Below, piece after piece: positions 16,349 through 24,686 of a DNA stretch of 32,000 nucleotides. The notes under the pieces are model-generated. The model was not told the origin of the DNA, did not search any database, and saw only the letters and a list, made by a program, of their open reading frames with translations. Origin of the DNA: Raphidiopsis brookii D9 (lineage in GTDB: Bacteria; Cyanobacteriota; Cyanobacteriia; Cyanobacteriales; Nostocaceae); contig ACYB01000035.1 of assembly GCA_000175855.1 (NCBI GenBank), positions 30,001-62,000 on the forward strand. Direction: 5' to 3'. Made by a program: the position numbers and the translations under genes. Numbering within the stretch: position 1 is the stretch's first letter; every line of letters starts with the position of its first letter.

Positions 16349-17403
16349 ATTTTTTTTGATTCATGAGTTTGTTTTTAAAGCGACTCTAGAACTTTTTGTT
16401 TTTTTTACTTCTTGTGTCCTTGTGTCTCTTACCAGGTTTTGGTAACTGATAGGACAACGCGAAATCGTTCCGTTTTCACTTTTGATTTGTAACCCGATTA
16501 CACTAACATGAATTTTTGGGATTGGGGATCAGGGATTTACCTTAGTTCTGGCTTTGTTGCTTACTGTCATCATTGTCTTTTTTCACTCCAAACCTTTTAT
16601 AAATCAGCTTTTTGGACGTGTAACATTTTTTTTCAAATGGTAAATAATTTTTTCTTAGGAGGCCATATTAACCTGCTCTTAGCTGACTGGGCTAATATCT
16701 TAATCATTAAATCCAAAAATAATTGCCAATATGGTAGTAGGAGTTATATATATAACTCAGTATTTTATGATTATTTGGTTACAAAAAGTACTATTTAAGG
16801 AGATTTTACGTACTATTTTGGTGGCTATATTCCTGGAGACTACTATTAAAAACCTATTTAAAAAACGGATTAATGGGTAACTGAGAAAAATCCAATTTAA
16901 TGATATAAAAAGTACCTTTAATTAATAATTTTAAAAGTATAAAATTATTTCATTTTATTCAATAGATATACTATTGCTAAATTGATAGCAGTATACATAA
17001 GCCGTTTTAACAGATTAAATAATACCAGTGGTAAAATAGCCAAAAAGTCGGCTCCACCCAAATCCATTGTTTTTTAGGTAGCAAAAATTACTTCGTTTTT
17101 ATGAAAATAGCTTTATCTATCAAATACATTGATCGAAAACAGTGATTAGCTTGATAATAACTTTCTAGGTGGAAGAAATTTGTGTGTTTTCTTAAAATAT
17201 ATGTTATCTAATTAGTGCAAGACTTGTCAATACTAAAATTAGTCATATTATTTTTAGACTAAGTTAGTCACATCATATCAATTATAATATCTTAGTGTAT
17301 TTTGATCAGCAACAGGTAAGGAAGTCATGTACTTGGCATATAAATAGCTGAGATTAAAATATAGTGTAGGATAAATATATACTGGTGGGGATGATCTAAA
17401 AAA

Positions 17404-19407
17404 ATGGTATTTAATACTACATCATTCAGAGATCTTGAAAATCACTGGGCAAGTTTATTCATTAATGCATTAGCCCAAAGACGAATTCTCAATGGGTACC
17501 TTGATGGTACATTTCGCCCCGACAACCCTGTGAGTCGTGGGGAGTTTGCAGCCATGATCGGGGCGATTATAAACTTGCCAGTGAAACGGGAATATATAGC
17601 GTTTAAAGACATTCCGGATAACTACTGGGCGAGAAATGCCATCAGGAGAATATATGAGACAGGAGTGATGGCAGGTTATCCCGATCAAACCTTCCGTCCC
17701 AATGATAGAGTGTCCAGAGCTGATGTATTAGTTGTAATGATTAATGCCTTGGGAATTGCCAGTCAGTTTTCTCCCGAACTAGTGGGTAAACTGGCACAGA
17801 TCTATGAAGATGCGGCAAATATTCCTAGTTATGCCATTAATTCTATTGCGATCGCATCTGGGAATGGTTTAGTAGTGAACTATCCGAATATCAAACTACT
17901 GAACCCCCAAAGTGGCGCGACCCGTGGGGATGTGGCGGTGATGATGTATCAAGCACTTGTGCACTTAGGTAGAGTGAAAAAGATTAATTCACCATATATT
18001 GTGACATTACCCTTGGAAGGGAAGACTGTAAAGGTGAGTCACCAGAGGGAATTTCGGGGCGCCTGGATAACAGTAGTGTGGAACAGTGATTGGCCATCTA
18101 AACCGGGATTAAGTGTGGAGCAGCAGAAAACCGAATTACTGGAAATCATCAAACAACTGCAATTTTTAAACTTCAACGCTCTAATCTTGCAAGTACGTCC
18201 AGAGGGAGACGCGGTGTATGCTTCCCCCATAGAACCGTGGAGTGCTTGGATAACGGGAACTCAAGGGAAAGCTCCAGGGGTTTACGACCCCCTGGAATTT
18301 GCTATTGAGGAATGCCATAAGCGTAATATAGAAGTTCACGCCTGGTTTAATCCCTACCGAGCAAAAACCACCACCAAAAGTGGATCTAATGTTAGTCCCC
18401 ATATAGCCATAACTAATCCCGAAGTGGTTTATAGATGGGGTAATCAGTTATGGATGGATCCTGGTGCCAAAATTGTTCAAGACAGAGCTTATAATGTTAT
18501 TATTGATGTTTTAACTCGTTATGATGTAGATGGTATTCATCTAGATGATTACTTTTATCCCTATCCCATATCTGGTCAATCATTTCCTGACGAAAAGACA
18601 TACAGTGCTTATAGAAATAGCGGTGGTAAATTGAGTGTGGAAGATTGGCGAAGAGAGAACGTTAATCAAATGGTATGGAGGTTATCGGAAGGGATTAAAA
18701 AAATCAAACCCCATGTAAAATTTGGTATTAGTCCCTTTGGGATTTACCGTCCGGGACAACCGCCAGGAATTGTGGGTTTAGATCCCTATAGCGTTTTGTA
18801 TGCTGATTCAAAAAAATGGTTACAGGAAGGTTGGATTGACTATTTAGCACCTCAACTGTATTGGCGGACAGATCAAACACAACAAAGTTATGAGACCCTG
18901 CTAAAATGGTGGACAGAAGTCAACACTAAGCAGCGACATGTTTACGCTGGTAATAATATTGGACAACTAGATGGTAAAGTATGGAAAAATTCAGAAATTG
19001 AAAAACAAATTGTCATTTCTCGCAACTTAAGGAACAGTTTTTCCCTAGGGAATATCTTTTTCAGTATGAAATCCCTGGCGGAAAATCGTCAAGGGATTGG
19101 GGATCAATTTAAACAAGTGTATTACCCTCGGCCTTCCATAGTTCCTACTATGTCATGGAGAAATCAAACACCCCCACCGCCTCCTGAAAATATAACCTTT
19201 CAAGATGGAAAACTAAATTGGCAAAGGGGAGATAATAGGTCCGTACGCTCTTGGACTCTCTATCGTCAAACTGGGGATACCTGGACAATACAAAGAATTT
19301 TATCTGCTGGTACCACTTTTGCTACTGTACAACCAGGTACTTATGCAGTATGTGCGGTAGACAGACTGGGTAATGAGAGTTTAGGTGTGACAATTACAGT
19401 TTCATGA
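17404..19407 (+). CDS. S-layer-homology (3x SLH) protein with a glycoside-hydrolase-like GHL10 (DUF187) domain and a C-terminal Ig/FN3-like domain
   Basis: Three SLH-type repeats (NGYLDGTFRPDNPVSRGEFAAM; AGYPDQTFRPNDRVSRADVLVV; ...ATRGDVAVMMYQAL). The GHL10 block is REFRGAWITVVWNSDWPS...HAWFNPYR. Confidence 0.85.
   Translation: MVFNTTSFRDLENHWASLFINALAQRRILNGYLDGTFRPDNPVSRGEFAAMIGAIINLPVKREYIAFKDIPDNYWARNAIRRIYETGVMAGYPDQTFRPNDRVSRADVLVVMINALGIASQFSPELVGKLAQIYEDAANIPSYAINSIAIASGNGLVVNYPNIKLLNPQSGATRGDVAVMMYQALVHLGRVKKINSPYIVTLPLEGKTVKVSHQREFRGAWITVVWNSDWPSKPGLSVEQQKTELLEIIKQLQFLNFNALILQVRPEGDAVYASPIEPWSAWITGTQGKAPGVYDPLEFAIEECHKRNIEVHAWFNPYRAKTTTKSGSNVSPHIAITNPEVVYRWGNQLWMDPGAKIVQDRAYNVIIDVLTRYDVDGIHLDDYFYPYPISGQSFPDEKTYSAYRNSGGKLSVEDWRRENVNQMVWRLSEGIKKIKPHVKFGISPFGIYRPGQPPGIVGLDPYSVLYADSKKWLQEGWIDYLAPQLYWRTDQTQQSYETLLKWWTEVNTKQRHVYAGNNIGQLDGKVWKNSEIEKQIVISRNLRNSFSLGNIFFSMKSLAENRQGIGDQFKQVYYPRPSIVPTMSWRNQTPPPPPENITFQDGKLNWQRGDNRSVRSWTLYRQTGDTWTIQRILSAGTTFATVQPGTYAVCAVDRLGNESLGVTITVS
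17848..17855. repeat. HIP1 octamer GCGATCGC
   Basis: Exact palindromic match read from the sequence. Confidence 0.95.
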
Positions 19408-19541
19408 ACTCAAAGGAAGATTTTTTTGGAAGACAAACCGCTAACTTCCCTCTACATAGATTTGAGCATTATTGCCTAGATATGCGTAGATTTTTACAAG
19501 CGGTAAAATATACACTTTACCCTTTGTGTTGGATTAAAAAA

Positions 19542-20357
19542 ATGAAAGAAAGACTAGATCTATTATTATTAAAACTAGAACTATGTGGTTCTCGTCAGCA
19601 AGCTCAAAGACTAATTCAAGCTGGGGAAGTAATGGTTAATCAACAAACAATAGATAAACCAGGAGCAGAAATAGACATAAGTGCAGAAATTCAAATTAAA
19701 GAGCGTCCTCCCTTTGTTTCTCGTGGGGGTGAAAAACTGGCCAAAGCAATAAAAATGTTTGAAATTTCCGTTAGGGAGCGCATTTGCTTAGATGGGGGAA
19801 TTTCCACTGGAGGTTTTACCGATTGTCTATTACAAAATGGTGCCAAACAGGTGTATGGTATTGATGTTGGTTATGGACAGGTTGACTGGAAAATCAGAAA
19901 TGATGGTAGGGTGATTTTAAAAGAAAGAACAAATTTACGAGAATTACAACCAGAACAATTATATTTAGGGTTAGATAGCTTTGCTGATCTAGCAGTTGTA
20001 GACGTTTCTTTTATTTCTCTGAGTAAAGTTCTGCCCGCAGTTTGGCGTTTAACTCAAACACCAAAAGAGGCGGTGTTATTAGTCAAACCCCAGTTTGAAG
20101 TTGGCAAAAATCGTGTAGGTAAAAAGGGAGTGGTAAGGGATGATAAAGACCATGCCCAGGCGATTTTTCAGGTTTTACAAACTGCTTTACAACTGGGATG
20201 GAATTATAGGGGATTGACTTTTTCTCCCATTACAGGACCTGCGGGGAATATTGAATATCTTTTATGGTTGAGCATGATAGGTGAAGTCTCCCAACCGGAG
20301 TTAATAATTATCGAAGATCTAACCAAAAAAGCAGTAAAGGAGTTAACCGCTAAATGA
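19542..20357 (+). CDS. tlyA: TlyA-family rRNA 2'-O-methyltransferase (S4 domain plus FtsJ-like methyltransferase)
   Basis: Start is taken at ATG 19542 (MKERLDLLLLKLELCGSRQQAQRLIQAGEVMVN = S4 domain). The SAM-binding block is CLDGGISTGGFTDCLLQNGAKQVYGIDVGYGQ. Confidence 0.85.
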   Translation: MKERLDLLLLKLELCGSRQQAQRLIQAGEVMVNQQTIDKPGAEIDISAEIQIKERPPFVSRGGEKLAKAIKMFEISVRERICLDGGISTGGFTDCLLQNGAKQVYGIDVGYGQVDWKIRNDGRVILKERTNLRELQPEQLYLGLDSFADLAVVDVSFISLSKVLPAVWRLTQTPKEAVLLVKPQFEVGKNRVGKKGVVRDDKDHAQAIFQVLQTALQLGWNYRGLTFSPITGPAGNIEYLLWLSMIGEVSQPELIIIEDLTKKAVKELTAK

Positions 20358-20817
20358 GCAGTAGTTTAAATTTAAGTTCAAATATAAAATCTCCCCATGA
20401 AGAGAACTATCAACTGTGGTTAGAATCAACAATTGACAATTTAAAACAGGGCAATTTTGACCGTATAGATATTGACAAACTAATAGAAGAGATTTCCGAA
20501 ATGGGCGGTAGTTTAAAAGATGCCCTAGAAAACAATTTAATTGTGATTTTAGCCCATTTACTCAAGTGGCAATATCAACCACAAAAGCGTTCTGGTAGTT
20601 GGAAAGCTAGTATTAAAGAACATCGACGCCGAATTAATAAATCCATCCAAAAACACCCCTATTTAAAAAATATTACGAGAAGATTTTTTCAGAATCCTAC
20701 CTACCTGCTGTAGATTGGGCCATGGAAGAAACCGGATTATCATCGGAAACTTTCCCATCCCAGAGTCCTTTTACCCCTGAACAGGTGTTAAATGACCAAT
20801 TCTTGCCCGGAGACTAA
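20354..20817 (+). pseudogene. DUF29 family gene interrupted by a frameshift in an A6 run
   Basis: Frame 2 encodes the DUF29 core (IDKLIEEISEMGGS...LLKWQYQP) and stops at 20711-20713. Frame 1 continues from 20665 as KKYYEKIFSESYLPAVDWAMEETGLSSETFPSQSPFTPEQVLNDQFLPGD to TAA 20815-20817, a typical DUF29 C-terminus. The junction is the a20665-a20670 run. Confidence 0.7.
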
Positions 20818-20878
20818 TGATGAAAAAAATAGATAATATAGGTTACAATGGGGAGACTGTGAAAAAATAGAATGTCAA

Positions 20879-22441
20879 ATGTTTTGGGCTGATAAAATCG
20901 CTGCTGATGCACAAGGTTACCAGGTAGTTAATGATTCCAAGACCCCTTCAGGAAGGGTTCACGTTGGATCATTGCGGGGTGTAGTTATCCATGACGTTAT
21001 TTACCGTGCCTTGAAACATGCAGGTAAGCCTGTAAAATTCACCTATGGTGTGGATGACTATGACGCTTTAGATACGGTTCCCAAATATTTAGACCGGGAA
21101 AAATTTAAACCTTATTTGGGTTTTCCTTTGTGTAATGTGCCTTCCCCTGGGGAAGGTGCACCAGACTATGCTAAATATTTCATTAATGAGTTTTTTGAGA
21201 TTTTTGAGTATTTAGGAATCCAACCAGAAACCTATTTTCTACGTGATTTATATCGTTCTGGTAAACTTAATTCCCATATCAACATCTTTTTAAAAACGAC
21301 TCACCTGGTTAGGCAAGTGTATAAACAGGTCAGTAAGGCAGACCGTCCAGAAAACTGGTACCCTTTTCAGGTAATTTGTGAAAATTGTGGCAAGATAGCT
21401 ACCACTGTGGTCACAGATTATAATGGTTCCGAGGTTTTTTACACTTGTCAACCGAATTCGACTAATTATGTTCAAGGTTGTGGTCATTCTGGTTGGTTGT
21501 CTCCCCTGAATGGTAATGGCAAATTACCTTGGAAGGTTGAATGGGTAGCCAAGTGGGACGTTTTGGGTGTAACTATTGAAATGGCCGGTAAAGACCACTC
21601 TCAAAAAGGTGGTTCTAGGGATGTGGCTAATGCCATTTGTCGTCAAGTTTTGGAGAAACAACCTCCCTTTCATTCACCTTATGAGTTTATTCTTGTTAAT
21701 GGCACAAAAATGAGTTCTTCTAAGGGTGTGGGTTCTAGTGCTAGGGAAATTGCTAATTTATTACCACCTGAGTTATTAAGGTTTTTAATGTTAAGAACTC
21801 AGCCAAGAACGGTTATTAATTTTGCCCCCAATTATGAAACTATTACTCGACTGTTTCGGGATTATGATACTTTAATTAGCAAGTATGAGGTTAATCCTGA
21901 ATTAACTGAAGAGTTAATGTCTTTATTTTATGCTCAGTTGGGTGATGAGGTCAAGGTTTTTCAGCCTTTTGATTACAGCACATTAATTTCTTTGTTGCAA
22001 ATTCCTCGGTTAAATATTCAAGATGAAGTTGTTCAACGTAGTGCTAATTCTTTAACTAAGTATGACCAATTTATTGTCAATCAAAGAATAGCTTCGGCCG
22101 AAAGATGGTTAGAAGACTATGCAGATGAGGAAGAAAAGTTAGTTTTGTACTTAGAACAAGTGCCAGAAAAAGCCCATGGGTTGACTTCAGAACAGGTAAC
22201 TTATATTCAAAAGTTAGCTGAAAATCTGGAATCTGCTACCCCTTGGGAACCAGAAGTATTACAAACGATAATTTTCTCCACTACTAAAGAGTTAAATATC
22301 CCTCCAGCAGATGCTTTTAAAGCCTTATATCTGGGATTTATAAACAAGGAAAAAGGACCCAAAGCAGGGGGTTTATTCTCCTATTTGGAAAAATCTTTCG
22401 TTATTTCCAGATTGCAAGAAATCACAGCATTGTACCTCTAG
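20879..22441 (+). CDS. Class I-type lysine--tRNA ligase (LysRS1-like)
   Basis: The N-terminus MFWADKIA...TPSGRVHVGSLRG (HVGS at 20960-20971 in place of HIGH) and KMSSSKG (KMSSS at 21707-21721) match the class I LysRS pattern. Its 520 aa length is typical for that family. Confidence 0.75.
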   Translation: MFWADKIAADAQGYQVVNDSKTPSGRVHVGSLRGVVIHDVIYRALKHAGKPVKFTYGVDDYDALDTVPKYLDREKFKPYLGFPLCNVPSPGEGAPDYAKYFINEFFEIFEYLGIQPETYFLRDLYRSGKLNSHINIFLKTTHLVRQVYKQVSKADRPENWYPFQVICENCGKIATTVVTDYNGSEVFYTCQPNSTNYVQGCGHSGWLSPLNGNGKLPWKVEWVAKWDVLGVTIEMAGKDHSQKGGSRDVANAICRQVLEKQPPFHSPYEFILVNGTKMSSSKGVGSSAREIANLLPPELLRFLMLRTQPRTVINFAPNYETITRLFRDYDTLISKYEVNPELTEELMSLFYAQLGDEVKVFQPFDYSTLISLLQIPRLNIQDEVVQRSANSLTKYDQFIVNQRIASAERWLEDYADEEEKLVLYLEQVPEKAHGLTSEQVTYIQKLAENLESATPWEPEVLQTIIFSTTKELNIPPADAFKALYLGFINKEKGPKAGGLFSYLEKSFVISRLQEITALYL

Positions 22442-22482
22442 GTTCTTTCGATGATTTCTGGTGTTTTTAAAAACAGGTTCTA

Positions 22483-22505
22483 GCCACCCATACTCTATGG
22501 GTAGC
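22483..22505. terminator. Hairpin between convergent LysRS-like and dacB genes (possible terminator)
   Basis: gcc-acccata-ctc-tatgggt-agc: a 7-bp perfect core stem plus 2 outer pairs. The flanks are only weakly T-rich. Confidence 0.35.
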
Positions 22506-22524
22506 TTAGATTATTTAGGAGTTT

Positions 22525-23898
22525 TTAACACAATTTTCGTAGGGTTCTATTTTGACAGGGGTAGTGAACTTTATACATGACCTCATTCCGATTAGGTGAT
22601 CCCAAGGATAGTACAGATTTATTTCCCGAATGAGGGGTAAGAGTCTTGGGAAAAATATTATCTGTTGCCAACTGTTTAACCAGTTTTTGTAAGAGCTTGT
22701 CCTGTTCAGCTCGAAAACTAGAAACTTGATTACCCCGATTGATAATTGTAAACCACACTAAACCGCGATCGCGGGTAGGAAGCACTCCAGCTAAAGCGCT
22801 AACATCACTAAGAGTACCAGTTTTCATGACGGTAGCATTTGGCATATTTCGATGCTGCATTGTTCCGCGATTATCTAATCCAGAAGTAGGAAACAAATCA
22901 GCTAAGGTCAAATTACTGGCCATTGCTTCTCGCTGAAGTGCCATAAACATAGCAGCAACTGCTCTGGGAGAAATGCGATTTTCCCTTCCTAGTCCAGAAC
23001 CATTAATTAATTGAATTTCCGACTGAGGAACCATAGCCAATTGAGATGAGATGGAGCTAACCACATTTGCACCCCCTACATGCTGCGATAACATTTCAGC
23101 AATTTCATTATTACTATACACATTCATCTCTTTGATGATTTGATGTAGTGGCAAAGAAAGATGACGTATTAGTAAAGTTTGAGGTAGTAGTTGATTGTGG
23201 CGAGATGGTGGAGCGACCTTTATAACACCATTAATTACCAGTTGGGGTTTCAATGTTCCCTTAGGCATTATAGAATGCTGGTAAGTTAAATTACGGTTCC
23301 AAGTTTTGTGATTGAGGGCTTGTTTAAAGATTTGACCAGCTATATTGGGATTGCTAGAGAAATTCATAGCAAACTTGCCAGTAATAACCAAATTACCCTT
23401 TACCTGTTGAATACCCATTTTATTTAGAGTATTACCAATGGCAATAGCTTCTTCCCCCACAAACATAGGATCGGTACCACCAGTAATGACTAAGTCACCA
23501 TTGACCACCCGATTAACTATAGGACCAGTAATACCAACTAGTGTTTGAAACTGATAATTGGGACCCAAAGTTTTAAAGCTGGCCAAAGAAGTAGCCACTT
23601 TAGTTAGGGATGCAGCAGGTAGGGGTACAGTACCTTGGTGATTGGCCATTAATATGGGACCTGATTGTAGCCAAATTCCCTGATGACTGGCTAAATCGGG
23701 CGGGATCAACCTAGAAGATATTAACCCTTGAAGATATTGCCTTGTGGTCATAGCTCCCACCAGACTTGGATCTGGAGCAATCACAAAGCCCAGACTGCTT
23801 TGTACTGCTAATGCTTCTAAGGTGCCGACAGGTTGAATTTTAATTCCGGCTAAATCCAGCCAAATAGAAATTAAACCTGAACCCAATAATTCCAGCAT
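22525..23898 (-). CDS. dacB: D-alanyl-D-alanine carboxypeptidase/endopeptidase (PBP4, peptidase S13)
   Basis: The three penicillin-binding motifs are present: SLTK (AASLTKVATS), YSNN and KTGTL. Confidence 0.85.
   Translation of the reverse strand: MLELLGSGLISIWLDLAGIKIQPVGTLEALAVQSSLGFVIAPDPSLVGAMTTRQYLQGLISSRLIPPDLASHQGIWLQSGPILMANHQGTVPLPAASLTKVATSLASFKTLGPNYQFQTLVGITGPIVNRVVNGDLVITGGTDPMFVGEEAIAIGNTLNKMGIQQVKGNLVITGKFAMNFSSNPNIAGQIFKQALNHKTWNRNLTYQHSIMPKGTLKPQLVINGVIKVAPPSRHNQLLPQTLLIRHLSLPLHQIIKEMNVYSNNEIAEMLSQHVGGANVVSSISSQLAMVPQSEIQLINGSGLGRENRISPRAVAAMFMALQREAMASNLTLADLFPTSGLDNRGTMQHRNMPNATVMKTGTLSDVSALAGVLPTRDRGLVWFTIINRGNQVSSFRAEQDKLLQKLVKQLATDNIFPKTLTPHSGNKSVLSLGSPNRNEVMYKVHYPCQNRTLRKLC
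22765..22772. repeat. HIP1 octamer GCGATCGC
   Basis: Exact palindromic match read from the sequence. Confidence 0.95.
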
Positions 23899-24013
23899 AT
23901 TTAATTCCCTTAACTTAAGATATGTAATATAATATTGATTAACTTACCAATTAATATTGTATTAACCTAGCAATTTACTTGATTTCCGGACGAGTCATGC
24001 AGGTTCAATCAAT

Positions 24014-24040
24014 CTACCCAAAACTAAACATTTTGGGTAG
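24014..24040 (-). terminator. Hairpin 24 nt downstream of the trxA stop (probable terminator)
   Basis: ctacccaaaa-ctaaaca-ttttgggtag is a perfect 10-bp stem with a 7-nt loop. The downstream minus-strand sequence, ATTGATTGAA, is only moderately U-rich. Confidence 0.45.
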
Positions 24041-24064
24041 ACATTTACAAGCTGTAAGAAAATC

Positions 24065-24400
24065 CTACTTAGGCTCATCTATATACTTTTTCACAGTATC
24101 AGACAAGGTGGATTTAGGTACTGCACCCACAACCATATCTACCTTTTGTCCGCCTTTAAAAATCATTAGTGTAGGAATACTGCGAATACCATACTTACTT
24201 GCAACGTCTGGGTTTTCGTCTGTGTTCATTTTGACAACTTTTAGTTGTCCTTCATACTGTGTAGCAATTTCATCTACTACAGGGGCAACCATACGACAGG
24301 GACCACACCAGGGGGCCCAAAAATCAACCAATACGGGAATATCACTGTCAATAACTTCTTGTTTGAAAGAAGCGTCTGTAACTTGTAATGCTGCTGACAT
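24065..24400 (-). CDS. trxA: Thioredoxin (m-type)
   Basis: 111 aa with the canonical [11 protein letters not shown] active site and thioredoxin fold sequence. Confidence 0.95.
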   Translation of the reverse strand: MSAALQVTDASFKQEVIDSDIPVLVDFWAPWCGPCRMVAPVVDEIATQYEGQLKVVKMNTDENPDVASKYGIRSIPTLMIFKGGQKVDMVVGAVPKSTLSDTVKKYIDEPK

Positions 24401-24527
24401 TGCTAAAAACCTTTATCTGTTATAGTCGTGAGCTTTACGATAATTCTATCACACCTGGACATATTGGAGAGTTGATCAGAGACCTTTGCCGAAAATGCCC
24501 CATTTTTCCTCCCAAAGTTTAATAATT

Positions 24528-24597
24528 AAGAAACCGCCCGAAATAAAGTTCAGGCGGAGTGTGGTGTGAGGAGTGAACGGAAACATTTGTCTCCGCT
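24528..24597 (-). ncRNA. yfr1: Yfr1-type small regulatory RNA
   Basis: The minus strand reads A-GCGGAGAC-AAAU-GUUUCCG-UUC-ACUCCUCACAC-CACACU-CCGCCUGAA-CUUUAU-UUCGGGCGG-UUUCUU. The conserved Yfr1 core ACTCCTCACAC is the reverse complement of 24564-24574. It lies between a 7-bp 5' hairpin (24578-24595) and a 9-bp terminator hairpin (24534-24557) followed by a U-run. The location between the guaB-type gene and trxA matches published Yfr1 synteny by recall. The ends are approximate. Confidence 0.75.
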
Positions 24598-24603
24598 ACT
24601 TTT

Positions 24604-24609
24604 ATTGTA
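24604..24609 (-). promoter_or_regulatory. Candidate -10 box (TACAAT) for the Yfr1 sRNA
   Basis: The plus-strand attgta at 24604-24609 reads TACAAT on the minus strand. It sits 6-7 nt upstream of the first base of the 5' hairpin region. Confidence 0.4.
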
Positions 24610-24686
24610 AGCTACAGATATGGTTTTTCGCAGGTTTGTTGACAGTGGTGGCAAATTTTTTTTCAACAACCTAACTTAACTGACCT

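Noticed and set aside
16517-16537. tgggat-tggggat-cagggat, a heptamer-like tandem reminiscent of Nostocales STRR repeats
   Set aside because: It has only about three imperfect units and does not match the STRR consensus sequences I can recall. It is too short to call a repeat family member.
16508-16798. 96-aa ORF in the long AT-rich spacer
   Set aside because: It has a Cys/Phe/Asn/Tyr-rich sequence with no domain, TM logic or ribosome-binding site. It is probably a chance ORF in AT-rich DNA and is kept only as part of the spacer finding.
17078-17091. Third GTA-N8-TAC (GTAgcaaaaatTAC) in the AT-rich spacer
   Set aside because: No TAN3T element lies 20-24 nt downstream on either strand, and the site is more than 300 nt from either gene. 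It is consistent with the chance occurrences expected for this loose motif.
23979-24425. 148-aa plus-strand ORF covering trxA
   Set aside because: The minus strand encodes a canonical thioredoxin (WCGPC). The plus-strand product is low-complexity and unsupported.
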